A stretch of DNA of 64,000 nucleotides. Origin: Candidatus Limnocylindria bacterium (GTDB taxonomy: Bacteria; Chloroflexota; Limnocylindria; QHBO01). A model generated the notes under the pieces. That model did no database searches, was not told the origin of the DNA, and worked only from the letters and a program-made list of their open reading frames with translations. Both the position numbers and the translations under genes were made by a program. The DNA lies in the NCBI GenBank assembly GCA_050692055.1, contig JBOGTC010000155.1, positions 11,798 through 75,797 of the forward strand, written 5' to 3'. Positions 18,365 to 27,957 of this stretch are shown here, in pieces; the stretch's first letter is position 1; every line of letters begins with the position of its first letter.

Positions 18365-19230
18365 CCAAGCGCGCCGATGACGTTGCCGTAGATCGTCTCG
18401 AAGCGCCTGGTGACGCCGGAACCGCGCCGCATGCGCCCATCCCACGGATCGAGCTGCACGCCCAGATCGCGTAACCAGGCTGCGCCCGGCTCGTTGTCGA
18501 GCGGGAGGTTCGTGCTCAGCCAGCCGAGCTGTGGGGCCAGGCGGAACGCGGCGGAGAGCAGCGCCGACGCCGCGGCTGGATCATCCGCCAGCCACGGTCC
18601 GAGGCGTCCTCCCGCGTCTCGCAGCACGGCGTAACCCGCCAGCGAGCCATGACGTCGGACGAGGAGCGCGGGGCGGTCCGGATCCGCGAGCGTGGTGGCC
18701 AGCACCGGCGTGCGGTCACCCCCGAAGCGCGCCTCGTCGTATGCGGCGACTTCGGCGAGGCCCGAGGGCGGCGCGTCCGTGACCGCATCCTCCGGCGCGA
18801 CCGCCAGGTCGACGCTCCGCTCGATTCGGGCGCCGGCGTTGGAGCCTGCCAGCACGAATCCGTGGCGGGCATAGAGCTGGCGGCCGTCAGCGGTGGCGTT
18901 CAGCTCGACCTGCGTGCACCCGCGCTCGCCCTCCAGGAACGCCAGCACCGCCTCGAGAATGGCGCTGCCCAGGCCACGCCGGCGATGAGGGGCATCCACG
19001 ACCATGTTCCCCACGACGCCGAGCGCCCCGTAGCAGATGCCGGAGCCGACCGCCAGCACATCGCCCGTGCCATCGACCGCAAGGTAGCAGCGAGCGTGCG
19101 GCGCCGACATCGCGTCGCGCAGCGCCCATTCGAACGTATGCCAGCCGACCTGCGTGCGGAGGGCGGTGATGATGGGCAGGTCGTCCGGCGTGGCACGTCG
19201 CAGCGCGACGCCGTCGAGGAGCGAGGACAT
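18361..19230 (-). CDS. GNAT acetyltransferase with a C-terminal extension domain
   Basis: GNAT core NMVVDAPHRRRGLGSAILEAV. Start at ATG 19230. Confidence 0.7.
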   Translation of the reverse strand: MSSLLDGVALRRATPDDLPIITALRTQVGWHTFEWALRDAMSAPHARCYLAVDGTGDVLAVGSGICYGALGVVGNMVVDAPHRRRGLGSAILEAVLAFLEGERGCTQVELNATADGRQLYARHGFVLAGSNAGARIERSVDLAVAPEDAVTDAPPSGLAEVAAYDEARFGGDRTPVLATTLADPDRPALLVRRHGSLAGYAVLRDAGGRLGPWLADDPAAASALLSAAFRLAPQLGWLSTNLPLDNEPGAAWLRDLGVQLDPWDGRMRRGSGVTRRFETIYGNVIGALG

Positions 19231-19238
19231 GCGCCGCG

Positions 19239-19268
19239 AGTGTACCGGCGCGCGGCGGTCGCTAGCAT
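19239..19268. promoter_or_regulatory. Back-to-back divergent leaderless promoters: TACACT (minus, 8 nt to ATG 19230) and TAGCAT (plus, 8 nt to ATG 19277)
   Basis: agtgta at 19239-19244 and tagcat at 19263-19268, inside a 46-bp intergenic region. Confidence 0.4.
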
Positions 19269-19276
19269 GGCGCGAC

Positions 19277-20488
19277 ATGGAGGAGCTGGCTCGGCGTTAC
19301 CTCGGCCTTGTCGTGCGCATGGCACGCCATCGGCCCGACCTGCTCGAGGCGTTCGCAGGCCCTGACGAGCTGAGCGAGGCCGTAGCCGGCGAGGCCTTGA
19401 CACCGCTGTCGGAGCTGCACGACGAGGCGCTGCGGATCGAGGCGGACGCGAACGAGGCCCCCGCCATCTCGGATCCAGAGCGGCGTCGCGCGCGATGGCT
19501 GGCGCTGCAGGCGGCGGCCCTGGCCGCATCGGCGCGGGTGCTGCAGGGCGAGGAGATCGGCCTGCCGGATCTCGTCGAGTCGCTGTGCGACCTGGCCGCC
19601 GAGAGGACGCCGGAGCCGGAGCTGATCGCGGCTCACCGGTTGCTCGATGCGGCGCTGCCCCCCGGCGCTTCGCTGCGGGCCAGGCTCGCCGCCCATCGCG
19701 GTGCCATGGCCGTCCCGCCTGAGCACGTGCCCGCGGCCGTCGAGGCCCTCGCCGAGCTCTTGCGCGAGCGGGCCGCCAGCGACCTGGGACTGCCGGACGA
19801 CGAGTCGCTGGCCTTCGAGCCGGTTCACGCCGCCGGCGAGGCCTGGCACGTACGCGCCCACCCCGAGCGGCCGCTGCGCACGCGCCTCGAGCTGAACCTG
19901 TCCACCCCGTGGAGCGTGGACGAGATCGTTCGTGCCGCAGGCGGCGAGGCCTATCCCGGCGGGCACGCGGCGCGCACGATCCGCGAGGCCACCTCGGGCC
20001 GGACCCATCCGGAGCTCCTGGCCTGGATCCGGCCCGCTCCGGAGGCGAGCATCAGAGCTGGGATCGGCGCAGTCGGTCGCGAGGTGATCCTGGGCGACTT
20101 CGAGCTCGCCGCCGAGCTCCGCCGGATCGGCCGGCAGCTCGGGTTGCGCTGGGAGCCCGAGCGCGCGCTGGAGGTCGGGCGCGCCCGTGGTCGCCTTGCC
20201 GCTGCGGTCGCGAACGCGACCCTTCTGCTCCATCACGACGGCCTGCCGGCATCCGAGGTGCAGGCCTACCTCGCCGAGATCGCGCTCCTGGAGCCGGATG
20301 CGGCCGATCGAGTCATGTCGCTCCTGGCGGACCCGCTGCGCAGCGTCGAGCCCTTCGCCCGCGCCCACGCGCCGGGGCTGGTGCGCGAATGGCTGTCTCT
20401 CACCGGCCAGACCGATGGGCTGCGCAGGCTCATGGTCGAGCCGCTGACGCCCGGACAGCTTCGCGCCGAAGCCGGCGTAACTGCCTGA
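19277..20488 (+). CDS. Conserved hypothetical protein (403 aa, helical)
   Basis: Long ORF with high-GC3 coding character. Start at ATG 19277 (MEELARRYLG...). I recognise no family with confidence. Confidence 0.5.
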   Translation: MEELARRYLGLVVRMARHRPDLLEAFAGPDELSEAVAGEALTPLSELHDEALRIEADANEAPAISDPERRRARWLALQAAALAASARVLQGEEIGLPDLVESLCDLAAERTPEPELIAAHRLLDAALPPGASLRARLAAHRGAMAVPPEHVPAAVEALAELLRERAASDLGLPDDESLAFEPVHAAGEAWHVRAHPERPLRTRLELNLSTPWSVDEIVRAAGGEAYPGGHAARTIREATSGRTHPELLAWIRPAPEASIRAGIGAVGREVILGDFELAAELRRIGRQLGLRWEPERALEVGRARGRLAAAVANATLLLHHDGLPASEVQAYLAEIALLEPDAADRVMSLLADPLRSVEPFARAHAPGLVREWLSLTGQTDGLRRLMVEPLTPGQLRAEAGVTA

Positions 20489-20495
20489 GCCGCCC

Positions 20496-21653
20496 GTGGC
20501 GGAGCAGCCGGTCGACGTCCTGCTGATCGGTGGTGGTGTCGCGGCGGTGCGGTGTGCGCGCAGGTTGCGCCGTCGCAAGTTCGGCGGTTCGATCCTGCTG
20601 GTCGGTGACGAGCCTCACGCGCCGTACAACCGGCCGCCGCTCTCCAAGGAGCTGCTGCGCGACGAGGTGCGCACGGAGCTCGTGCTGGCTGAGCCGCCCA
20701 CTTGGTACGAGCGCCACGGCGTGGGGCTTCGGACCGATGTCGCTGTCACGCGGCTGGACGCCGGGGAGCGCCTGGCGACCCTGGCCGACGGATCGCGCAT
20801 CCGCTACGGCCGTTGCCTGCTGGCGACCGGGGCCGCGCCACGCCGTCCGCCGATTCCCGGGGCCGAACATGCGTTCCTGCTCCGGACGCTGGACGATGCG
20901 CTGCGCGTGCGCGCCCGCGCCCGCGACGCTCGCGGCGGCCATGCCGTCATCCTCGGCGGCGGGTTCATCGGGGTCGAGGTGGCGGCCTCCCTGGCGGCGG
21001 GCGGAATGCGGGTCACGGTGCTCGAGCTCGCTCCGGCGCTGTGGGGCGGGGTGCTCGGTTCGGAGCTGTCCGATTGGGCGCTGGACGTCCTGTCCGCCGC
21101 CGGCGTCACCGTCCGCGTGCGTACGGCCGCATCCCGCCTTGAGGCCGACGGCGCCTGGGTCGGCCCCGAGCGTCTCGAGGCCGATCTGCTGCTGGCGGGC
21201 GTCGGCGTCCTGCCGCGCGACGAGCTGGCGCGCGATGCCGGGCTGGCCTGCGACGACGGAATCCTGACCGATGCTTCTCACGCCACCTCCGCCTCGGACG
21301 TGTTCGCCGCCGGGGACGCGGCGCGCGTCGACGGGCTGCGCGTCGAGCATTGGCACGCGGCCCGGGAGGGCGGCGAGCGGGTGGCGCTGGCGATGCTCGG
21401 GAAGGCTCTGCCGCCGCCGCGCGCGCCGTGGGTCTTCTCCGAGTTCGCCGGACAGACACTGGACGTCTTCGGCGTGGCGTCGCCGGCCGACGAGAGGCAT
21501 ACGCTCGGCGACCTCGCCGCCGTGGCCTGGCTGCGCGACGGCGTGGCGATCCAGCTGGCGACGATCAATGGCGCCATCCCTGCAGATGCGGCCCGTGCCG
21601 CCATCGAGCGCGGCGCCGGCCTTGCCGAGCTCCAGGCGCTGGTTCCCGCTTGA
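20496..21653 (+). CDS. FAD-dependent pyridine nucleotide-disulfide oxidoreductase (ferredoxin reductase-like)
   Basis: N-terminal LLIGGGVAAVRCA dinucleotide fold, a second GGGFIGVEVA fold, and RPPLSK. Confidence 0.8.
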   Translation: MAEQPVDVLLIGGGVAAVRCARRLRRRKFGGSILLVGDEPHAPYNRPPLSKELLRDEVRTELVLAEPPTWYERHGVGLRTDVAVTRLDAGERLATLADGSRIRYGRCLLATGAAPRRPPIPGAEHAFLLRTLDDALRVRARARDARGGHAVILGGGFIGVEVAASLAAGGMRVTVLELAPALWGGVLGSELSDWALDVLSAAGVTVRVRTAASRLEADGAWVGPERLEADLLLAGVGVLPRDELARDAGLACDDGILTDASHATSASDVFAAGDAARVDGLRVEHWHAAREGGERVALAMLGKALPPPRAPWVFSEFAGQTLDVFGVASPADERHTLGDLAAVAWLRDGVAIQLATINGAIPADAARAAIERGAGLAELQALVPA

Positions 21654-21690
21654 TGCTGGCGGCCGCACTCCTCCGCTCTGCGCCGCGGCC

Positions 21691-21861
21691 GGATCACGCA
21701 CCTAATCTGCCGGCCATGCAAGTTGCGTGGCCGTCGACGGTCGCGAGGAGGCTCGCGGGTGGGTTTATTCGCACGACCAGAGAATTGAGGGGGTCATGAG
21801 CCCCTGTCCGGAGCCGGCTCGTCGCCCAACTTGCACCACCGGCAGATTGATCGGGTGATCC
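21691..21861. repeat. Intergenic inverted-repeat element B (three matched blocks per arm: GGATCAC, AATCTGCCGG, GCAAGTTG)
   Basis: Left arm 21691-21725 and right arm 21828-21861. The blocks are exact reverse complements. Confidence 0.65.
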
Positions 21862-21868
21862 GCCCCTG

Positions 21869-22636
21869 ATGCCCTCCACCATGTCGACCGCCGCCTATCT
21901 TCGCCGCATCGGTTACAACGGTCCACTGCGTCGCGACGCCGAGACGCTCGCGGCTCTGCAACGCGCCCACCTCCTCGCCGTGCCCTTCGACGCGCTGGAT
22001 TGCCACTTCGGCGTGCCCGTCTCGCTCGACCCTGCCGCCGTGTACGCCAAGGTCGTGGACCGCAAGCGCGGCGGCTTCTGTTACGAGCTCAACGGGTTGT
22101 TCGCATGGCTGCTCCACGAGCTCGGGTTCCGGGTCACCCGTCTGGCGGCCCGGCCCTTCACCCGCGAGGGCGAGCTGGCGCCGCCGTTCGCGCACCTGAC
22201 GCTCATGGTCGAGATCGACAACCGCCGATGGCTCGTCGACGTTGGCTTCGGCTACTGGTCGCTGGCACCGCTGGATCTTGACGATTCAGGGCAGCAGGCA
22301 GACGGCGATAGGCGCTTCATCGTGCAGCCGGATGGCGCGGGGATGCTGGCCGAAGAGGTTGGCGTATTGCGGCGACGCATCGGCTACCGGTTCACGCTGG
22401 AGCCGCGGCGGCTGGAGGATTTCGCTGCCCAATGCCAGGCCTACGCCACGGCGGTGGACTCGCCGTTCGTGGTGCGCGGCCCGCTCTCGCAGGCCCTTCC
22501 CGACGGCTGGGTGACGGTCACGCGGGAGGAGCTCATCGGCTCGAGGGGAGGCGTAATCCTGGACCGGCCGATCCGCGACGAGGCCGACTGGCGTGCCACC
22601 CTCCGCGAGCAGTTCGGCCTGAACCCCTACTCGTAG
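21869..22636 (+). CDS. Arylamine N-acetyltransferase
   Basis: NAT family N-terminus (YLRRIGY...) and catalytic Cys context RGGFCYELN. Confidence 0.85.
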   Translation: MPSTMSTAAYLRRIGYNGPLRRDAETLAALQRAHLLAVPFDALDCHFGVPVSLDPAAVYAKVVDRKRGGFCYELNGLFAWLLHELGFRVTRLAARPFTREGELAPPFAHLTLMVEIDNRRWLVDVGFGYWSLAPLDLDDSGQQADGDRRFIVQPDGAGMLAEEVGVLRRRIGYRFTLEPRRLEDFAAQCQAYATAVDSPFVVRGPLSQALPDGWVTVTREELIGSRGGVILDRPIRDEADWRATLREQFGLNPYS

Positions 22637-23562
22637 GGGTTGTCGACATCGTCGATGTGCAGGCTCCAGCCGGGGCAACCCTCGCCGACGAAGTGGTACT
22701 GGATCCCGTCCAGCTCGACCCGGGTGTCGGCGCGCTCCGCGCACTCGTCTGAGGCGAGCGGCTGGCCGACCACCGCGATGCCGAGCTCTGCGATGAGCTC
22801 ATCGGTTGCGGCTTCGCCTGCGTCGCCGCGGACGGCGTGGATCAGGGTCTCCATGGCCGCCAGCGCGAGCTGCTGGTTGGCGGCGTCGTCGGCGTCGTGG
22901 TAGCGCTCCCCACTGACATGGACCGCGAAGACGCGACCATCGGTCCAGGCCATTCCGTACAGATGCCCCATCTGGAACTGAACCGAGAAGCTCTGGTTCT
23001 GGGGCCTGCCGGGCCAGGCATCCATGGTGAGCACGCTCACCTCGCGCAGGATCAGCTCCTCCGGCGGGAGCCGCGCATTCCATCGGTCCGCGAGCTCCTG
23101 CATGTTGAGCCCCAGGTCCACGACCGCGGGATTGATCGTGGGCTCCGGCTGGACCGATGCCGGCGGCTCGTCGTCCGGGCACTGTTCCGGCGGAAGCGGC
23201 CCCGTCGTATTCGCGGCGACCCAGATGGGCGTGTCCCCGACCGCGTCCCATTCGACGTACTGCTGACCGGCCGGGAAGGCATTCAGCTCCGTGATCACCC
23301 AGAACTCGTGCGGTCGCTCCACCAGCACGTCGATGGCAAGCGCCTCGATCAGCTCGTCGCGCCCGCCTGCCCAGACCCACGGCTCCTCGATCCAGCCGAT
23401 GCCGCCGGGAAGCGCTTCGACGTCGGCCTCGAGCTCGGACCGATCGAGGAATGAGTGGCCATAGCCGCCGAAGAAGCAGGTCGTGCCGCCGATCCGTTCG
23501 GCGAGGATCATGTTGACCTCGTGCGCCAGGTCAACCTGCGGCGGCGGGGGCGTCTCGACCAC
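22627..23562 (-). CDS. Hypothetical protein (body of a probable secreted lipoprotein)
   Basis: 311-aa ORF starting at GTG with a Pro-rich linker (ETPPPPQ). I recognise no family. Confidence 0.5.
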   Translation of the reverse strand: MVETPPPPQVDLAHEVNMILAERIGGTTCFFGGYGHSFLDRSELEADVEALPGGIGWIEEPWVWAGGRDELIEALAIDVLVERPHEFWVITELNAFPAGQQYVEWDAVGDTPIWVAANTTGPLPPEQCPDDEPPASVQPEPTINPAVVDLGLNMQELADRWNARLPPEELILREVSVLTMDAWPGRPQNQSFSVQFQMGHLYGMAWTDGRVFAVHVSGERYHDADDAANQQLALAAMETLIHAVRGDAGEAATDELIAELGIAVVGQPLASDECAERADTRVELDGIQYHFVGEGCPGWSLHIDDVDNPYE

Positions 23563-23737
23563 GAACCGGACCCGATGGCAGCGGTTCCGCGGTCGGTGTC
23601 GGCATCGCCGTGGGCGCGGAGGTCACCAGCGGCGCATCGGTCGTGGTGGCGAGCGGCTCCGCCTGCCCGCAGGCGGCCAGAACCAGGACGATCTGCATCG
23701 CCAGCGCGCTGGATCCGGTCCGCGTCCGATACGCCAC
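22627..23737 (-). pseudogene. Possible frameshifted lipoprotein gene (signal-peptide ORF 23531..23737 plus body ORF 22627..23562)
   Basis: The 68-aa ORF encodes a lipoprotein signal (MQIVLVLAAC) plus a Thr/Pro linker. It overlaps the 5' end of the body ORF in another frame. Confidence 0.35.
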
Positions 23738-24009
23738 CGCTCTCTGACCCCTCTGGCCAGAATACGCCGCAGCTGGGTCCAGGGTTCAGGCGGGATCGCG
23801 CTCCCCGCGCTTGAAGAGGGCGGCTCAGAACAGGCCGCGTGACGTCTGACGGGTGGCCCCCGGGCACTGCCCTGCGCAGTCGTGGCACCATCAGCGCGTC
23901 GTCGTGGCACACGATCTCACGAGCGACGTCTGATGCGCGAAAGCGACAGCCGGATGCCGCCCGTCAGCCGAAGAACGGACGTTTGACCGATGCAGCCGGC
24001 TGGAGGACA

Positions 24010-24084
24010 ATGAGCATCGAACACCGACCAATTCAGTCGGGATTCGCCGAGAGGCGCGCCCGGCAGACATGCAGCGAGGAATGA
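24010..24084 (+). CDS. Candidate 24-aa upstream ORF coupled to sufB
   Basis: GGAGG lies 3 nt before ATG 24010. Peptide [24 protein letters not shown]. Its TGA overlaps the in-frame sufB ATG 24081 (ATGA). Confidence 0.2.
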   Translation: MSIEHRPIQSGFAERRARQTCSEE

Positions 24085-25496
24085 TGGCCCTTCCAAACCC
24101 GGCACTGAGCCAGATCCCTGGCGGCTACAAGTACGGCTGGAGCGATCCCGAGGCGACGTCCCTGAACATCGCGAAGAAGGGGCTCGACGCGCAGGTCGTG
24201 GAGGAGATCAGCCGCTTCAAGGGCGAGCCCGAGTGGATGACCAAGCTGCGCCTCAAGGCGTATCGCCACTTCGAGGCGCGGCCAATGCCGACGTGGGGCG
24301 CGGACCTCGCACCAATCGACTTCCAGGACATCTACTACTACATCGCGCCCACCGACAAGGCCGTGCAGTCATGGGACGACGTGCCCGAGTACATCCGCCG
24401 CACCTATGACAAGCTCGGAATCCCCGAGGCGGAGAAGAAGTACCTCGCCGGGGTCGGCGGCCAGTACGACTCGGAGGTCGTCTACCACAACATCCGGGAG
24501 GACCTCGAGAAGCAGGGTGTCATCTTCATGGGCACCGACCAGGCCCTGAAGGAGCACCCGGAGCTCTTCCGCGAGTACTACGGCACGGTGATCCCGGCCA
24601 ACGACAATAAGCTGGCGGCGCTCAACACCGCCGTGTGGTCCGGCGGGAGCTTCATCTATGTCCCGAAGGGCGTCCACGTGGAGCTGCCGCTTCAGGCCTA
24701 CTTCCGGATCAATACCGAGAACATGGGCCAGTTCGAGCGCACGCTGATCATCGCCGATGAGGGTTCGAGCGTGCACTACGTCGAGGGCTGCACCGCCCCC
24801 ACGTACAGCACCGCCAGCCTGCACTCCGCGGTGGTCGAGATCATCGTCAAGAAGGGCGCCCGCGTACGCTACACGACGATCCAGAACTGGAGCCACAACG
24901 TCTACAACCTCGTCACCAAGCGCGCGGTGGCGCACGAGGACGCGGTGATGGAGTGGGTCGACGGCAACCTCGGCTCCAAGGTGACGATGAAGTACCCGAG
25001 CATCTACCTGCTCGGGGAGCGGGCGCACGGCGAGGTGCTGAGCATCGCCTTCGCCGGCAGCGACCAGCACCAGGACGCGGGCGGCAAGATCATCCACGCC
25101 GCGCCGAACACCACCTCGCTGATCACCAGCAAGTCGATCAGCCAGGGCACCGGCCGCACCTCATACCGCGGACTGGTGAAGGTGTATCCCGGCTGCAAGC
25201 ACTCGAAGAGCACGGTGCGCTGCGACGCCCTCATCCTCGACGAGGCGGCGCGCTCGGACACGTACCCCTACATGGAGATCGACGAGGAGGACGTGACCAT
25301 CGGCCACGAGGCAACCGTCTCGAAGGTCGGCAGCGAGCAGCTCTTCTACCTGATGAGCCGCGGCCTGTCCGAGAACGAGGCCGCGGCCATGATCGTGAAC
25401 GGCTTCATCGAGCCCATCGTCAAGGAGCTGCCGATGGAGTACGCGGTCGAGATGAACCGCCTCATCCAGCTCCAGATGGAAGGCGCGGTCGGATGA
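24069..25496 (+). CDS. sufB: Fe-S cluster assembly protein SufB
   Basis: 475-aa ORF with unmistakable SufB sequence. The start could instead be ATG 24081. Confidence 0.9.
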   Translation: MQRGMMALPNPALSQIPGGYKYGWSDPEATSLNIAKKGLDAQVVEEISRFKGEPEWMTKLRLKAYRHFEARPMPTWGADLAPIDFQDIYYYIAPTDKAVQSWDDVPEYIRRTYDKLGIPEAEKKYLAGVGGQYDSEVVYHNIREDLEKQGVIFMGTDQALKEHPELFREYYGTVIPANDNKLAALNTAVWSGGSFIYVPKGVHVELPLQAYFRINTENMGQFERTLIIADEGSSVHYVEGCTAPTYSTASLHSAVVEIIVKKGARVRYTTIQNWSHNVYNLVTKRAVAHEDAVMEWVDGNLGSKVTMKYPSIYLLGERAHGEVLSIAFAGSDQHQDAGGKIIHAAPNTTSLITSKSISQGTGRTSYRGLVKVYPGCKHSKSTVRCDALILDEAARSDTYPYMEIDEEDVTIGHEATVSKVGSEQLFYLMSRGLSENEAAAMIVNGFIEPIVKELPMEYAVEMNRLIQLQMEGAVG

Positions 25497-25610
25497 CGTG
25501 GGCCAGCCCCGGCTCCCCGCAGGCCCGATCCCTGGACGCCGGCTCTCTGGGCGGGCCGTCCGTGCAGGCCGGCTCACTGCACGCCGCGTGCTTGCCAAAC
25601 TCCGATCAGG

Positions 25611-25709
25611 GCCGGCTTAGGCAGCCTGCGGGCCGGTTTCGGCACGTCGCGACATACATTTACCCAGGTTTCGAGGGGCAGTTGGCCGCCGGACCTCGCC
25701 TAAGCCGGC
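25611..25709. repeat. Intergenic inverted-repeat element D between sufB and sufD (arms GCCGGCTTAGGC / GCCTAAGCCGGC)
   Basis: 12-bp perfect arms. Shares colinear blocks GGTTTCGGC and GACCTCGCCTAAG with element C at 48343-48462. Confidence 0.65.
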
Positions 25710-25809
25710 GGTGGTTGGAATCTGGCACGCTCGCCGCACCGCTCGCCGCACGGTTCGCGGCATCGTTCTTCCCGGCACCGCTCGCGTCACACGCATCGGA
25801 GGCTCGGGC

Positions 25810-27084
25810 ATGACGCTCCGGTCGGTCGCGCCTGTCGGCGGCACCCTCGACTTGGCCGCCATCGCCGCCATCGGCGACCGCTTCGGCGAGCCCGATTGGC
25901 TGCGGTCGTCGCGCACCGCCTGGTGGGCAATGACGCAGGAGACGCCCTGGCCGTCGGGCGCGGAGGAGGAATGGCGTCGAACCTCGCTCGACAGGCTGCC
26001 GAGGGAGGCGCCGCTGCTGGCCGACCCGCCGACGATGCGCTGCGCGCTGGATCCCAGGCTCGCTGATGCGGGGGTCGTGTTCAGCGACCTGCGCCTCGCC
26101 GTTCGCGACCATCCGGACCTGGTCTGCCGGTACCTGGATGACGCCGCCGGTGCCCTCGGCGCAGGCGAGACGGCCGGCTCGCACGGTCACTTCTGGGCCC
26201 TCGCCCACGCAGCCTGGACCGGCGGCACGTTCCTCTACGTACCGCCGGGCGTGGAGGTCGACGGCACGCTCGCCGCACACCTCGCGCAGCCCGGGAGCGC
26301 GAGCACCTATCTTCCGCTGACCCTGATCGTGGCGGAAGAGGGAAGCTCGGTCACGCTCCTGGAGGAGATCCGTTCCGACGACGGAGAGAGCTCCTGGTAC
26401 GGCGGCGTCGTCGACATCCGTGCTGCTGCCGGCGCGCGCGTTCGCTACGCCAGCCTACAGGCGCTGGGTGACGAGGCCTGGTACATCGGGGCACAGCGCG
26501 TCGAGGTCGGCCAGGACGCCACGGTCACCACCCTGAACGCCGAGGTCGGCTCGAAGATCACGAAGCTGGGGCTCGACGTGCGGATGACCGGCAAGGGGAG
26601 CACCTCGAAGCTGCTCGGGCTGCTCGCCGCCGGCGACGACCAGCACATCGATATCAACGCCGTGCAGGACCTCGCCGGGGATCACACGACCAGCGACCTG
26701 CTCTACCTGTCGGCCCTGTACGACCGCGCGCGCGCCGCCTTCTACGGCGTGACGCGGGTGCGACAGGGAACGAAGCAGACGAGCAGCTACCAGGAGTGCC
26801 GCAACCTGCTGCTCTCGCCCGAGGCCGGCGCGGAGCCGATTCCGGTGCTCGAGATCGAGGCCAACGACATCCTGCGCTGCGGCCACGGGGCCACCGCCGG
26901 GGCGATCGATCCGACGCAGATGTTCTACGCCCAGACGCGCGGCCTCGATCCGGATGCCGCCGAGCGCATGATCGTGCGCGGCTTCTTCGAGCAGGTCGTG
27001 GGCCAGCTCCACGACGAGACGATCCGCGAGCGCGTGCTCGGCGAGCTAGCGCACCGCATCGGCTCGGTCGAGGTGACCGCATGA
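25810..27084 (+). CDS. sufD: Fe-S cluster assembly protein SufD
   Basis: SufD family sequence. Start at ATG 25810 with GGAGG 8 nt upstream. The Arg-rich upstream extension is rejected. Confidence 0.85.
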   Translation: MTLRSVAPVGGTLDLAAIAAIGDRFGEPDWLRSSRTAWWAMTQETPWPSGAEEEWRRTSLDRLPREAPLLADPPTMRCALDPRLADAGVVFSDLRLAVRDHPDLVCRYLDDAAGALGAGETAGSHGHFWALAHAAWTGGTFLYVPPGVEVDGTLAAHLAQPGSASTYLPLTLIVAEEGSSVTLLEEIRSDDGESSWYGGVVDIRAAAGARVRYASLQALGDEAWYIGAQRVEVGQDATVTTLNAEVGSKITKLGLDVRMTGKGSTSKLLGLLAAGDDQHIDINAVQDLAGDHTTSDLLYLSALYDRARAAFYGVTRVRQGTKQTSSYQECRNLLLSPEAGAEPIPVLEIEANDILRCGHGATAGAIDPTQMFYAQTRGLDPDAAERMIVRGFFEQVVGQLHDETIRERVLGELAHRIGSVEVTA

Positions 27085-27422
27085 GCGCCCTCCAACGCCG
27101 GGCCGAGAGCGGCTTCGTGACCGTGGCGCGCGCCTCCGAGATCGAGCCGGGCACGGTGCGCGTGGTGGAGATCGACGGCCGCTCCCTGTGCGTGGGCCTG
27201 ACCGAGGACGGGGAATGGGGCGCCATCGACAACGTCTGTACACACGACGGCGGCGTCCTGGGCGAGGGGGAGCTGGACGATACCGGCGTCGAGTGTCCGC
27301 GCCACGGTGCTCGCTTCGACCTCTTCACCGGCCGCGTGCTGGCGCTGCCGGCTGTCCGGCCCGTGGCGGCCTACGTGGCTCGCCTCGAGGGCGACGAGGT
27401 CCAGGTGGAGCTGGAGCCGTAG
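27081..27422 (+). CDS. Rieske (2Fe-2S) ferredoxin-like protein of the suf operon
   Basis: CTHDGG ... CPRHGARF Rieske motifs. ATGA overlap with the sufD stop. Confidence 0.8.
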   Translation: MSALQRRAESGFVTVARASEIEPGTVRVVEIDGRSLCVGLTEDGEWGAIDNVCTHDGGVLGEGELDDTGVECPRHGARFDLFTGRVLALPAVRPVAAYVARLEGDEVQVELEP

Positions 27423-27426
27423 CCAC

Positions 27427-27957
27427 ATGAAGATCAGCACGCGCACCGAGTACGGCATCCGGATCCTCGCCACGTTGGCGCGGTCAGAGGACGGGGCGTG
27501 CCTGTCGCTCAGCGAGATCGCTCGGCGCGAGAAGCTGCCGCACGCCTACCTGGAACACCTCGTTGGCGACCTGCGCCGTGCAAACCTCGTGACTGCCACG
27601 CGCGGCGCCTCGGGCGGGTACCGCTTGGCGCGACCGGCCGCCCGGATCGGCATGACCGAGGTCGTGCGCGCGCTCGAGGGCCCCATCCTGGAGATGCCGT
27701 GCGCCGGCGCGGACAACCTCGAGGCCTGCGACCGGCCGCAGCCGTGCAGCGTGCACGAGGTGTTCCAGCGCATCTACGAGTCGCTGCACGGGACGCTCGG
27801 CGCGACGACCCTGGATGACGTCGCCGCCAGCACCGGTGGCCCGCCGTATCCACCGCAGGTGCGCCGAAAGCGCGCTGCACAGGCCGCCCTCGCCGCACGC
27901 CAGAAGCAGAACCAGCACCGAACCATCCCACTAGGAGCACGACAAGCAGACTCATGA
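27427..27957 (+). CDS. Rrf2 family transcriptional regulator embedded in the suf operon
   Basis: MKISTRTEYGIRILATLA... Rrf2 wHTH, with a Cys cluster (PCAGADNLEACDRPQPC) suited to Fe-S ligation. Confidence 0.8.
   Translation: MKISTRTEYGIRILATLARSEDGACLSLSEIARREKLPHAYLEHLVGDLRRANLVTATRGASGGYRLARPAARIGMTEVVRALEGPILEMPCAGADNLEACDRPQPCSVHEVFQRIYESLHGTLGATTLDDVAASTGGPPYPPQVRRKRAAQAALAARQKQNQHRTIPLGARQADS

Noticed and set aside
21797-21859. A 20-aa ORF (MSPCPEPARRPTCTTGRLIG) inside repeat element B.
   Set aside because: The SD-like GAGGGGG is only 2 nt from the ATG, and the ORF lies within the palindromic arms. It is most likely fortuitous.
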